Positions 44,684 through 58,559 are shown, numbered from the whole stretch's first letter. The stretch: 63,225 bases of DNA, filler included, from Lenisia limosa (GCA_001655205.1; 13 parts of 13 records of this genome joined end to end with filler, not necessarily neighbours in it), one strand, 5' to 3'. The notes: a model not told the origin generated them from the letters alone. Program-made: numbers and translations.

Positions 44684-46842
44684 CTACAAAGTCACAACCG
44701 CAACAATTGGACAAACCTTTAACGCCCGCGTTTCCTTGAGAGTCTGGCTTTCAAGCTCAGATTTGAACATACGCACATAGAGCCTGGGGTGAGGGTGGTA
44801 AACAAGGTTCCAAATGCACAGAACCAAAAAAACAGCATACCAATTGAGGGAGTTGGGCGGTTTGATCCTCCACTTGAGCTCAACATCACCATCAGCACTA
44901 AAAAGTAAGAGCGCGCTTCTACTACACCTCCTCACAGTCGCAATCCCCCCACCCGTAGGTCCTTGGGTTTTCCAGGATCAATCGTCGCATTCGGATGGAC
45001 ATTGGCATTTCCATTAACTGGTCCTTAGGCATCCTGAACCGGTGACGCGTTGACACTCAGCCAATTATCATGTTAAGGACTTCCCAAGAATTCCAAAAGA
45101 TCCCCAGTTATCCATCATCCACCCAATCTCTACAATCCGCCTCACGTTACATCGGCCGGCATTCCTACAGTGTGTTAAGTATCAAAATAATGGAAAACAT
45201 ATTTGATGGTAAACACGGTTGCCGATATATCCCCCACGATTTACGAGGGTCTTCAACTCGTGTTCAGTACTGGAGATTTCCACCTGGATGGAGTATACCT
45301 CAAGCACCAACTGAGGGGGGTAATGGAAATTAACAAAACCTGACAATTAATAAGAATCAAAAGAATACTGGCCAAATAGGTGGAAAGGCGGACACCAAAC
45401 CAACTGAGAAGACTACCGACGTCATAATAACAACAAGGAATACATGGCTTGCCAGGAAAAAGAGCTAAATCATGAGAACATCGTTCAACAAGTATGGAAA
45501 TAAAATGTAACTATCAGGGTACCCTGCAATTTTACTCGCCCACCCCACCCATGACCAATCTGAAGAGCCTGCAGCGAAGCCTGACGCTAACACATGCCAA
45601 TTATTACCCTACAGAAGGTAAACGCGAAGGCAAGAATTATGTTTTGGCAAAAGTGGAACCCCATCTCACAATCAAGATTTCGGCCATAATGACAATCGCC
45701 CTCGAGAAGGAATTGAAATTATTGTTGTAGTACCTGGGGGGGTGGGGTGAAATATGAATCTATCCAGAAATATCAGATGTTATATTCAGATGTTACTCGG
45801 TTAGTATGACCTGAACAAGGCTACATCATAATATCAGAAAAAAATACAGAAGCATATCATACTATCCGAATTTTGATATTACAACTTCATTGTGATTATT
45901 CATTCCCCCAAACTCGTTCTGTCCATACAGACTGTCCTCGACCTCGGGGTCCGTATTAGGAGCGCCATTGTTGAAGAGGGACATACCGATGATTGAGTAC
46001 GCATAGAAGATCGACTAATATGTTAGTTCAAGAAGATCCAAGTAATAAGCCAAGCCCACCAGGAACATTCCGAAGTAAGGCAAGAGGGCCACGCAGGTTT
46101 TAAGAAGGGCACGAGTGATGAGACGGAACCTGTGTGCGTTAGAAAATCAAAGCAGACGTCATGATGCAAGAACTGAGGCTCACGATCTGAAGAGGCGAAG
46201 GAGTCGGGCAAGGCGGAACGTTCGGAGCAGCAAAACAACAAGTAACACGAGGGGTGGAACTAGGGGGTAAGAACAAGTAACACGAGGGGTGGAAAAGGTC
46301 AAGCTGCTGATCATTATTGAAAGATGGAAGGCACATGGGTAGGATGAGTCTGGACTTAGGATGAGTCTGGACTTACCAGAGAAGTAGAATTGGCAAAAGT
46401 TAATTGCTGCAATGGATCCAACTAAAGCCGTCAAAACATATGAATTTGATGTTTAGCCTCAAAATACCAACATACTCAGGAGGAAGTCGAAGCGATTCCA
46501 TCCCCGCTCCCAGTAGCATCTCCATCCAAGGGCCCAAATCTACGATGTTAAACAACCCCGCCGATGATAAGATAACAAAGCTCNNNNNNNNNNNNNNNNN
46601 NNNNNNNNNNNNNNNNNNNNNNNNNNNNNNNNNNNNNNNNNNNNNNNNNNNNNNNNNNAGATTTGACTCACTTTGAGTACAGTTTCTCCCATAAATATAG
46701 ACGAAAAGACCTGAATTGATCAATACTGGAGAGAAGCTTTTCATAAAAAGGAACAGTGTGGCACTCAACCTACTGTATCGTATTTGTGGTCGGCAACAGA
46801 GTAGTCCTGCTCTATCGACACTTCGTGGATACTCATCATCAC
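44684..46842 (-). CDS. Two-pore channel (TPC)-like cation channel, second domain, 5' truncated
   Basis: IWALGWRCYWERGWNRFDF; S4 LLRTFRLARLLRLFR; IFYAYSIIGMSLF; pore YYNNNFNSFSRAIVIMAEILIV; S6 LFFLASHVFLVVIMTSVV. Confidence 0.8.
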
Positions 46843-47361
46843 CTGCGTGGATAAGGGGGGGGGGGACTAGCACTGAGCGAGGGNNNNNNNNNNNNNNNNN
46901 NNNNNNNNNNNNNNNNNNNNNNNNNNNTTAATTAATTAANNNNNNNNNNNNNNNNNNNNNNNNNNNNNNNNNNNNNNNNNNNNGGGGGGGGGGGTAAAAT
47001 GAAACGAAGGAGATTTTGATGAAGAATGAAAGAGAGAGGTTCTAATCGCGACAAAAAATCTGTTAAATTGGAAAATTGAAAAAACACAACACAGAAAAAA
47101 ACTGCAAAGAGGGAATGATAGAGATGCCCTTTTGCCCCGCGCAAAAAACCCCCGCAAAACCGCAGCGCATTGACGTTTTGATTTTGCACGGAGTAAAAGG
47201 ACAGATGGAGGGGGGGAGAAAGAATAATAACTGGGAAATGACAAATTTGAAACAAAAAGTAACAAATAAACTCTGCTTGCGAAGATGACGATGGGAAACA
47301 ACAAATTCACCCAATCATTTGCCTAACAACTCTGTGATAACACTTTTCTTTCCAGCCAACC

Positions 47362-47620
47362 TCAAAGGGGGCGTTGCTGCTGTCACAGACAAGCGTGCCA
47401 GCAACCATGCTTTTCCCAACCAAAATATTGGGGGCACAAGCTGGGTGGGGTAGTAATTTATTTTGTGAAGAATATCATTATATGGTAGTACTTTATCATA
47501 TTACCAAGTTTTGAAGTGGAGAGGACCAAATATAGTATCATGGTCATAAATAAGCCCTTACTTCCATAGAAGATGAACTCGGCATTTCTGCTGTTGGCCA
47601 TTTTGTCAAAGGTACCGGCC
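47362..47620 (-). CDS. Exons of an arrestin-fold protein, possibly VPS26C/DSCR3-like
   Basis: AGTFDKMANSRNAEFIFYG|TCAPNILVGKSMVAGTLVCDSSNAPFE weakly resembles DSCR3 (FLLRGHL...LTGELVVESSEAAI). Confidence 0.35.
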
Positions 47621-49511
47621 TGAAGTCATCATTATTGGAGGAGAGTAAAAATGGACAACTTATGAAAAAAAAACCCCCCCAAATCAACTCTTTTGGCTGA
47701 CAACGGGGGTGGGGGTGGGGGGGAGTAAAACGAAGGAAATTTCAATGAAGATGGCGTAAAAGTACTAATCACGAACCGAATAATCTGAAACAAAAAACAA
47801 AAAAACAAGCAACAACAAACATGAACCAACGCTAAAACTTGACAAAAGCCAGATGACAAAAACACAAAAACAAAAACAAGCCCNNNNNNNNNNNNNNNNN
47901 NNNNNNNNNNNNNNNNNNNNNNNNNNNNNNNNNNNNNNNNNNNNNNNNNNNNNNNNNNNNNNNNNNNNNNNNNNNNNNNNNNNNNNNNNNNNNNNNNNNN
48001 NNNNNNNNNNNNNNNNNNNNNNAATGGGAGGGCATCAAGGGTTAATACGTAGGGCTCCGTGTAATTGGAAAATTAGAGACCTATTGTAATGGGATCTCCA
48101 TTTCAGAAACTTAAATTACAAATTATCAATTAATTGTTCGAAGAAATTAATTGCACGGAGTCAATAAGTATTGGGGTGGTGGGGGGATATACAATATAAG
48201 ATTGTATCTGGCCCGAAGCCGTCCACACCATCACTCTTCTTTGAGATATGATTATAGTATACAAATATTAATTCACCTTATCATTTGCCTAGCAACTCTG
48301 TGCACAGCTTTCAGTGTGCCTCCCCAGCTTGGGCGCGGAGGCATGGTAATGTGTTTATGTTAACTTTATGTATTCGTTTGTTGCCCTAGATTTCTAATGT
48401 ATTTCTCTGGTTCANNNNNNNNNNNNNNNNNNNNNNNNNNNNNNNNNNNNNNNNNNNNNNNNNNNNNNNNNNNNNNNNNNNNNNNNNNNNNNNNNNNNNN
48501 NNNNNNNNNNNNNNNNNNNNNNNNNNNNNNNNNNNNNNNNNNNNNNNNNNNNNNNNNNNNNNNNNNNNNNNNNNNNNNNNNTGCACAGAAACAAGTCGTA
48601 GGTTTCTGGGGGGGGAGGGGGGTAAAATCGGAAAATTTATGAAACAAAAAAATAGCTGAATCAAATTTGTTGGTTCACAACACACGAGGGTTGATAAAAA
48701 TAAAACAAAAGCCCAAGCTAATCGCTTCTGAAACAGCATCCCATCACTCCATCGTGGAGGAGGGGGGGATTGAAGAATTGATTCTGGGGGTTGTCGGTTT
48801 CTGGGGCGGAGAAAAACCCACTTCTCACAATCATAAACGAATCCCACACACCCCGTTTAAAGGTGCATTTTTAAAGGTGTAGGGCTTTACTTCAGTTCCA
48901 AAAAATACCGGCAAAATCTCGATAGCTTTCGAGGATTTATCAAGAAATTATGTCTTTTTTCGAANNNNNNNNNNNNNNNNNNNNNNNNNNNNNNNNNNNN
49001 NNNNNNNNTTAATTAATTAANNNNNNNNNNNNNNNNNNNNNNNNNNNNNNNNNNNNNNNNNNNNTCCAAATGTACTATACTGGGAATGAAAGGATGTGAT
49101 ATGGGTTTATATTTCTAAACATTGGAGTATGAAAAACATCTATCTTCATGACAATATTTTCAAATAATTCAAAGAGTCAATAAAGTTTCATAACAGACAG
49201 CTAATTCGTGAACATGCTTGATCGATAATCTGTCATGAATAGGGATCAAATGCCCCAGAGCATTGCCCCCCCCCCCCAACAAACCTCACGGCCGGNNNNN
49301 NNNNNNNNNNNNNNNNNNNNNNNNNNNNNNNNNNNNNNNNNNNNNNNNNNNNNNNNNNNNNNNNNNNNNNNNNNNNNNNNNNNNNNNNNNNNNNNNNNNN
49401 NNNNNNNNNNNNNNNNNNNNNNNNNNNNNNNNNNNNNNNNNNNNNNNNNNNNNNNNNNNNNNNNNNNNNNNNNNNNNNNNNNNNNNNNNNNNNNNNNNNN
49501 NNNNNNNNNNN

Positions 49512-50223
49512 GATATTCGCGAAATATGTTGCAAAAATGAAATATTAATATTGAAGAAGCTTGAGAGAAGTCCTGCTATTTCGACCAAATTGAAGCCATT
49601 CTGTTCTCCCCCAAGCGCCAACTTGTTAACAGGGGACTTCTTGTGGTAGATTCCAGACTTTGCGGGTGACCGACGTCTCACTGGGCTTCTGAAGGAGTGA
49701 GATGTAAGGCATTGGATGAGCTAAGTCACCCCATTATGTATGACCCTTCGTCTGGGTATCCCACAAAAATAACAACCAAAAATATTTATCCTAATGAAAT
49801 GAATCTGCACTAATCATGCTTATTATTGAGAGCTTTTGTCTAAAAAAACAGCCGGTTTTTCTTCAAAAGAAATCAAAGAATGCAGAGATGTGAGTTTGAT
49901 ATGCAATTGTTTTTTGTTTTTGATTTTTTACTTCTTTCTCATTAATAGAGAGCATACCTTTGTTTTCTCACTGGTGACCTTCCACGTCTGATTGGGGATC
50001 TGCTGCGTCTTCTTACGGGGGACCTTTTCATTGGTGATCGAGAGCGTCTTCTCATTGGGGAGCGGCGCTGGACAGGGCTTCTGGAGCGTTTGAAGGGCTT
50101 GGGGCTCAGGTCACGGCCAGCAAAAGGACTTCTGCGCCGAGGAGAGATAGAAGGACTCCGACGACGATTAGGGGAACCCTTCCTGATGGGAGATGGGGAC
50201 ATTGGCCGTGCATGGTAAACCAT
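49512..50223 (-). CDS. Arg/Ser/Pro-repeat (SR-related) protein, 3' partial
   Basis: MVYHARPMSPSPIRKGSPNRRRSPSISPRRRSP...RRRSRSPIRRGRSP; a second exon near 49690 has PVRRRSPAK. Confidence 0.7.
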
Positions 50224-50560
50224 TTTATCTAGTATCAATCAGTAACATGCGCTAGAGCTTGCCAGTCGCGCTAAATCTGCAAAACAAACCTGTTCTCTTA
50301 GCAAATGATGTTTCTCTTCTTCTACCCTGATTTATAGTTGATAAATTAAATAATAATAACTTTTCTGAACTTGTTGATTTTGTTATTGTGATTGAAAAAT
50401 TTGGATATTAATATCGATAAATATCTCGAAACTTATCGATATATTTTTGCTTCACAGTCATATCGGTGAATAAATACAGACAGATTTAGAGAGAGAAAGA
50501 GAGAGAGAGAAACAGAAAAACTGATAACGGATTGATTAATAGACAAACGAAAAGGAAGCA

Positions 50561-52688
50561 ATGTTGAATCCTGTTCAACTCTCTGTTGTACTTGCCTATG
50601 TTGGTCTACTAACCTTTGAATACGTTGCTATTCAGTTATCAAGGTCAAATGGTACTGAATTTGCCTATTCACCTGCAGCGGCTATTTTTGTTGTTGAGTC
50701 ACTAAAGCTTTTCATCTCCATCATCCTTTACAAGCGTGAAGAACAAACAAACCCCGAATTTGTTCCCTGTAAATTCAGCAAAGTGACATGGTACTTCGCA
50801 GTTCCAGCTATTCTCTATGCTCTGCAAAACAATGTCATGTTCTATGCCCTTCTGTACGTCCCTGCTCCCACTTACTCTGGTTGGCTAGGAGGGGGTAGAA
50901 AGGAAAAGTTTTTTTGTTGAAATTGCTCTTCACCTGCTATTCTTCTCCTGTGTCTCCCTTACAACATGTTAGATTCCCGTTGAACTCTTCTTGCCATAAC
51001 TGTTGCCTCATTATTATGGAAATCCATAATATGTACTGCTCTCAAACCCGTTCATGATATCCTGACATACCAGTATTCCTCAACCTCCGCGTTGTTATGA
51101 CAGCGCTTGTCTACTTGCTTGTTCTTGGTCGAGTGATTAAACCCAACCAGTATGCAACACTGCGCTTTGAATCCTTTCAAGTATAATTGCGCTTTCCATC
51201 TGTAGAATCGATCGTCCAATCAGTTCAGTTTTCTTTTTGTTTATGACTGTTTTTATCCTAATAGAGTTCACCCCCTCCTTTTTTTTTCCCACCCCGCAGA
51301 TGGACAGCAATTGGAGTGATCATGGTAAGTGTGGCGCTGACGCAGCTCACGCCGGAGTTCACTGTTGGCATCCCTTTCATCGGTCTCTGTCTTGTGATGG
51401 TTGTGGTAGGAGGGGCGGGGTAACAATCCTGAATTCCATTGTTTTGTTGAATATGTTTGTGTTTTACCATTTCCCAATTGTGAACGCCCATCATTCATTA
51501 TATTTCCCATAATAGTCATTTCCCCGTATCTTTGATCAGAATTCTCCCTCTACTTTCCCTAATGCATGCAGTGTACTTTGTCCGTTGGTAACGGTGTCTA
51601 TTCTGAGATGCTGCTGAAAACAGTTGACCAGGTGAGGTATATTCATGACGTTCCTCGATCAAAACCCTGAGTAATATTGTGAACTCCATGTAGTAATTCA
51701 GGAACCCTCACCCTTTAGTCCTTGCATTTCCAAAACATGCAGCTTTACATCTTCGGAATCATAGTCAACTTCATGCTCTTCTTTGTTGCGGTGAGGCTCG
51801 GACATAATAATAGGGGCTTAGTCACATTCACGATAGCTTGTAATATACAAACATATATGATGACAATTGCTTTCATTCGTAACTAGAAAAACGATAGCTA
51901 TTATTCTATACAATGTTTCAGAGATATTTATATTCCTCCCAAACACTTATGATCATGATATATTATGAAGCAAGGTTCCGGTTTTAACCACTCCAGGAAG
52001 GCTCGATTTTGAACATTTTTGAAGGTTTTACGCCGCTTGTCTGGGCTATCATCTTGTGCCAGGTATGTGACGATTTGCATATAAACAGATACTGCATATT
52101 CGACGACGTCGGAATTCTATCACAGTTCAAACTAATTTAACATCAAAGTCACACAATACATCTGATTAAAAGAGGGGTTGTGTATAATCCATTTCTTCAT
52201 CATTGGGAATTTTTTTTATTAATGTACAATCTTTTCTTTGTGTTTATTTCACTGATTGTTACTATATTCCTACACAATCTTGTTTTTTATTTCTCTTTGC
52301 TATCTAATCATATACCTCTGATAAACATGACGCTGTGGACGGCTTTTACTACCTTGCTTTATGTCTCTTTTCCATACAGTCATTTCAATAACCCCGCAGG
52401 CTTCAATGGGCATAGTCATTTCGGCAGTCATGCGGCTGACCGACAATATTGTAAAACTCTTCGCGTCAGCAGCGTCTTTGATCACCTCCGCCATTCTCGC
52501 CACTTTTCTCATTTCAGAGTGGGGTGGGATGAGAGTGACCGACCGTATAATTTTGATCCTCTTCCACTGCCTTTTTTTTTTTTTGAACGAATCAAATGTG
52601 TTCTCACGTTTTCAGTTTCCACATTTCAGGGCTCTTTTTCGTTGGGTGTGTTGGTATTGGAGCTGCCATCAGGTTGTACATTAAGTAG
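50561..52688 (+). CDS. SLC35A-family nucleotide-sugar transporter, complete
   Basis: AYSPAAAIFVVESLKL; FAVPAILYALQNNVMFYAL; MGIVISAVMRLTDNIVKLFASAASLITSAILA; ends GAAIRLYIK*. Confidence 0.9.
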
Positions 52689-53023
52689 CATTGTATTATT
52701 AGTCACCTGTTTCTTTTATGGTATTATGGAGTGTTTTTAATTTCACTTTGGTCCTCAAAGAAACGGATTAGAGCTGCTTTATAATATGACATAAGGTAAT
52801 GTTGAATTGATAGGATACAGAGAAATCTTTTCTATAAGAATCACCAATCTTTTTTCTTTTGCTCTTATGCTTTGCTCTTTTGAATGCACACCCAGTGGAT
52901 GCCTCATCAATATATCACGACTATGTAAATGTACATGTACAATCTGTACTCCTTCGAATATGAACCAGTCCCAATACTTCCCACCCGACTGTTGTTCTAC
53001 ATATTCGATACATTCCATCAACA

Positions 53024-56000
53024 CTACTCGAAGGAGTTCACCAGTATCTCTTCAAGCTGTATTGTTAGGGGAAAAAGAGCTTAAAAGTGATGATCAAAAA
53101 GAGGAAAATGTGAAAATTCGACTATAAAAAATGTTATCAAAACGAAGCCAAAAGGACCCACATGTTCTGAGAAGGCAGTGTGAGAAAAGAGGTCCTTCAC
53201 CCGCTGTCTGCCAGCCTCTCCCATCCTCCTGGCTGTTTCGGTGTTTTCAGTGAGCTTCAATATGGCTTCTGGGATGGGGTTAGAGGGAAATACCCCACCG
53301 AATTAACAAAGGCAAGGTGCATAAAAACATAGTTCAGACCAACTAAGAGCAAAGTGTTTGAGAGAGGGTTTTTTTTTCTTGTATTACTCACCATCCTTGA
53401 GTACCATTGTTCCTCTCCGAGATTATTTGCCTACCGCCAAAGTCCTGGCCGTCAGGGTTGCAGTGGAACCCGGTGACGTCATGCTGTACAGATTCCAAAG
53501 GTCCGCCTGACGCACAACACACAACAGGTGTGGAGAGGTACTGTTGGGTGAGTGAGTGGGAATGTTAGGTTTCATCAAATAACATGGTAAACGCAGAAAA
53601 AAAAATCACAAAAACACAATTCTCAAAAAAATGACAGTGTGTTGACAGTCCATGTACTTACCATTGCTTCACAAGGAACAATACCGAAGTGTTCGAAAGA
53701 GGGCGTGTAGACAAGGCAAATGGCGTGCTTTAACAGAGCATTTCCTAGAGAGGGTAAAGAACTAAAATGGAGAAAATCGTTCATATGATAATATGAAACC
53801 GGCTAGTATACAGTTTAAATCAGTTTACTTGATATCTGCATACTCATTTCAAAAGGTATTGATCGGAGGAACAGAATATCATCACTTAAACGTGACAGCT
53901 CAGCTTTCCCCTTCAATTCCTAAAGAAGGTCAATAATCTTGAAAAGAATACTTAGATATAGCTCTGAATCTAGGGAAAAGGGAAATAGAATAGATCGTGG
54001 TCAAAATTCTGAACCGCTTGATCAGGTCTTACTATATGCAAATGCTACATTTTACCATCCCAAAAAGGCCACGCAATGTACTCACCTCGTAATGGTCAAT
54101 GTTCTCCGTGTTGTTTGGATCATAACCACCTAAAAGTGAATATGACTAAGGAGGAACATCTTGATTGAATGAAGGCAGAGAACTAGGGCTTCACTTCGGT
54201 TCAAAAAAGACCGTTATTTTTCGAGGATATATCAGGAAATTCAGTCGTTTTTTGAACCGAAGTGAAGCCTAATAGAGAACGTTGCAAAATCACTTTTACT
54301 TTGAATGTAAGAGAACTTTGTGAGTAGGTTTCTTTCATTTTACTATTAACACAGTGCTGAGATGGTGGATTGAAAATGAACTGACTCACCAGCTATCACC
54401 AAAACAATGTCTGAAGAAGGCTTCTCTTTTTGAACCTGGATATGTGAGACTTAATCGTTCTAGTCCCAACTTCTCTGTTGAATCTTACATGATAGACATG
54501 TAGTACCGCCCACACCACGCCCAATGCATCAATAGTACCCCCCACACCACGCCCAATGCATCAATAGCAAGGTCAATGGATTTCTTTCGTTCGTAGCGGT
54601 TCAGAGACAAGATGAACTTCTTTCCCCTTGTGAAGTCAAACCAAATTCAATAAGTAAGAAAATCGAAATCTCAGAGCTTTTCGCTCTGGATGGATGGATT
54701 CCCTTTATTGTTGTTTTTATGTGTTTTATAACGCAAATATGAGATCAGAATAGGTGACTGGTACAAACTTTATGTTAAAAATAATAGAACTACAAGTTTT
54801 TAATTGAAATTTGGTGTGGGACACTATAACGAGAACTCTATTGTACATCCTTTGCTAACATATTTCATCAAAAATCAATGCAGAGATTACAAAAAAAAGC
54901 TACAGTTCCCCTCACTTCAACTCGGGTGGCAGAAGGCTGACACTTGTGTCACATGAATCAAGTGCATCAAGGTCAACACCAGGGTATACAACATGGGGGG
55001 TTGTCTGGAAATTAAGAGAAAATATAGGACCAGATGATTCCTTGCTGATTGAACACAGCAGACCTTCAGTGTTGTAAACGCCTTGGTAAACACCGAGGCA
55101 GTGAACTCACTATTGACCATGATCGCGTCAGCCTTGCCTGCGGAATTACTGGGTATACAGTTATGATTGTGAAGATAGGTGCATAAAGATCCAACCATGA
55201 AAAAAGTGATTTATCCGTAAAACACGATGATTGTAATAATTGAAAACAAATGAAATATCTTAGCTAATTCCACTGACGATCACTGTTGTCAAATATTAAT
55301 TCCATTTGAGCATATCCGATGATTTTTTACTGGTAGTAAGGTTGTGTACAACTGTTCGCAGTCCACTCATACCGGTTGCATATTCTTCAAGAGTGTCGAG
55401 GGGGTATCTAAACTAAATCAAAACTTGAGGAATCGTTGTTGCATAAATTCCAAACTAAACAGCCCGCATACCTGTAGATCTTTTTGGCAGTAGATTGGCG
55501 TGCAGTCAACAGCATATCCGGGTAGTGACAGTAGAACAGGATCTAAGAGGTAAACCAAAGCACTCGGTAATCTAACCTCTATAATCGACACCCACCTTAG
55601 CGGATCGCATTAATTTGAAGACAACTACGGCGGCGGCCACCTGATCACAGAACACCGCGTCAAACTCACTGAACAGACACTGGAGGGTGAGGGAACTCGG
55701 GTATTAGACAAGATTGTCTTCAAAAAAGACACAGGAAATCTTATACTGAGGAGAATAGGGCGCAAAACGCACACCCTCAAACCATAATGAAAGCCAAGTA
55801 AATCATTCGAATGTAGGCGCATAAGGCGTACATGAAACCAAAAATATTTTTTGGTAACCAATCACCATAAACCTCCACCTCGAGAGTGCCTGTGTGACTG
55901 GTCAGAAATAGCAGTAATTTCCAGACAGCTATTCTTTATTGTGGGTATAGTGGTCGTGGAATATAAGGGTGGTAAACAACACATCATATAATTAATTAAA

Positions 56001-56483
56001 AAAAAAAAAGTTAAACATCACATACAATGAGTATTGGAAGTCGGATGACGACAAGACACCCACCATCAACAGTTTCCTCGAAACAATGACCTCGGTCGTG
56101 ATGTGCGGTGTACATAGTCACCTGGTGGCCCTGGCTTTTCAGAGCCACAGCCGCATCTATGACAAGGCGCTCTGCCCCGCCTGTGGGGATGAATTAGAAG
56201 AACTACATTTCTTGTCATCTCATAAAGCAGTTTCATTAGACACAACATACACAATAAAAAAGAATGAAGAGGGAGTTGGTGATATTTCAGGTTGCGTCAT
56301 AAATTCTAAATTCAAAACAATCATATTTAAAACTGTATGAATCGCCCGTATAGGGATTTAAATAAAGCCATACTGCCCGGACAAGGAAATGGGATAAATG
56401 AATTGGCAGAAAAGGCGGATAAAAAACTATTGCCCGTTTCCCTTACCTATTCCTAAGTCTGGATGAATGAATGCCACTTTCAT
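53024..56483 (-). CDS. ALG2: Alpha-1,3/1,6-mannosyltransferase ALG2, complete
   Basis: [13 protein letters not shown]|[13 protein letters not shown]; [13 protein letters not shown]; [11 protein letters not shown]; [15 protein letters not shown]; [16 protein letters not shown]; SGGPLESV. Confidence 0.96.
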
Positions 56484-56617
56484 GGTGGGAAAGTAACAGG
56501 AGAAGGAGAACCCTGCCCTTCCAGCAAAATATATATCCTGCGGTGATTATATGACTTCCTTTTTGCGATTTTTTGCAGCTCTCAGGCCCTCTAATCATAT
56601 AGTTGTTGTTGGCAAAT

Positions 56618-58559
56618 ATGATTACCTTCTTTTTGAATGGAAGACAGGTACTGCAGCTTTCGAGGTGTTTCCTCACTAAATTTCTAGGTCGATGTCGCTC
56701 ACCCCGAGCCATCCATGTCTCTGTTGACTTACATCCGTGAGGTTGCCTACCTTACCGGAACTAAGGATGCGTGCCAGCAAGCTCGGACTGGAACTGACAC
56801 CGTTCTTATGTCTTTCTGGGACGCTGAAAAGAAGGCTGAGAAGTATGAGGGATTAGAGAAGATGTGTTCTCGAAAAATCATTTTCGTGAATGGAAAATGG
56901 AGATTTAATGACGAATTACAGGCATATCTCCATCAATGCTGGTATTCTTCCCCTTGTTGCCGCTGATGGCGTTGCTATCACCACCATTGAGGCTCTTGGC
57001 AACCCTCGCGACGGACTTCATGCCATCCAGGTGAGCAAACACGCCCCAACCTCCCTTGATCTAACCTTATTATAGGAGTCTTTCAAGAAGAACCATGCTA
57101 CTCAGTGCGGTTTCGGTGAGATCTTGTTTTTCAGGGAGGCGTTCTCACATGCTCCTCTGGGGTCATTCTACACTATATTTAATATTGGGAATAGTTATGA
57201 TAAGCCATTTTTCCTCCGAAACTCCTCTTCACATACCATGGAAGAAATATAGAGATCCTCTTCGCAGTGACTGATATCGTACATTGTATTTGCCGTTCTT
57301 CTTCTCTTTAATTGATGGCAAAATAACATACGTTGAAGAGCAGGACTGGTTCGTTTACAGGCTACTATAATGGGTATTGTAACATACCATAATCAAATAT
57401 ATCTTGATAGTGTACTATCCTGTAAATATCATCGATATTGATGGGTACTATCCTGTAAATATCGTTCGGCCAGATACTCTATTGCTTGTTTTTTTTTTTT
57501 TTTNNNNNNNNNNNNNNNNNNNNNNNNNNNNNNNNNNNNNNNNNNNNNNNNNNNNNNNNNNNNNNNNNNNNNNNNNNNNNNNNNTCTCTCCTCAAGAAGC
57601 ACCCTCAGCCCACCGACCTCCAGATCCAGGTCTGCCCCCCTCCAAGACTGGAGTCAATAAGATGAGGGAATAGTGTTATTTCAAGACAACATCACTGATA
57701 GCTTGGTTGATAGTCCTTGTTCACAATATCATGCTGAAACGCGATGGTATGAAGAGCTTTGCTCTGAATCAACCTTCTTCAACAAATATCATTTTCCAGC
57801 TCGGGAAAGGGAGGGCGGATTCTTCGGGTTTTATGTATTACCGGATAGGATCCATCATGCTGAATTTCCGTCTCACCGCCCAGGAATGCTTTGACGGTAA
57901 CCTTGACCGTTGCTGTGGATACCGCCCCATTTTCAAGGCTGCGCGTGACGTCGCCGCCAACCCCGAGGCTATGATCACCACTTCCAAGGTGGGGATGATT
58001 GGAATGTCATGACAATGGGGTATTTTTATGTGTTGAAGGGAATTGACATGCTGAAGTTGACCCCCCTTCTTCTTAACGCTTAAGGCTCTTCTGTTCCCCC
58101 TTCTTCTTAACGCTGAAGGCTCTTCTGTTCCCCCTTCTTCTTAACGCTTAAGGCTCTTCTGTTCCCCGAGGCACTCAAGTCCTATGAAATCAAGGATCTC
58201 ANNNNNNNNNNNNNNNNNNNNNNNNNNNNNNNNNNNNNNNNNNNNNNNNNNNNNNNNNNNNNNNNNNNNNNNNNNNNNNNNNNNNNNNNNNNNNNNNNNN
58301 NNNNNNNNNNNNNNNNNNNNNNNNNNNNNNNNNNTGTTCTACCGCCCCACTTCTGTCGAAGGCGTCAAGAAGGCTCTCGTATGGGGGGCACATAGCAACC
58401 GGAGTTAAGTTGCGTTATTCATTACACTAGCCTTAATACCCGACTTTGGCGTCTCCTTTTACCCTATTCACCCCCAGGTTGAGTCTCCCTCCGCTCTCAT
58501 CATGGCCGGTAACACCGCCTCAGGTGTCGACAAATTCCGTGAAGGTTGCATCCCTGACG
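56618..58559 (+). CDS. Xanthine dehydrogenase/aldehyde oxidase-family protein with degenerate Fe-S motifs, 3' truncated
   Basis: MITFFLNGRQ|VDVAHPEPSMSLLTYIR...GTK; AITTIEALG; HATQCGF; FDGNLDRCCGYRPIF; FAD-domain start FYRPTSVE...LIMAGNTASG. Confidence 0.9.

Noticed and set aside
46450-46480. Non-canonical GA donor in the TPC gene (and similar in the STRA6-like gene)
   Set aside because: Shifting the boundary gives a canonical GT (CTG A|gtatgt).
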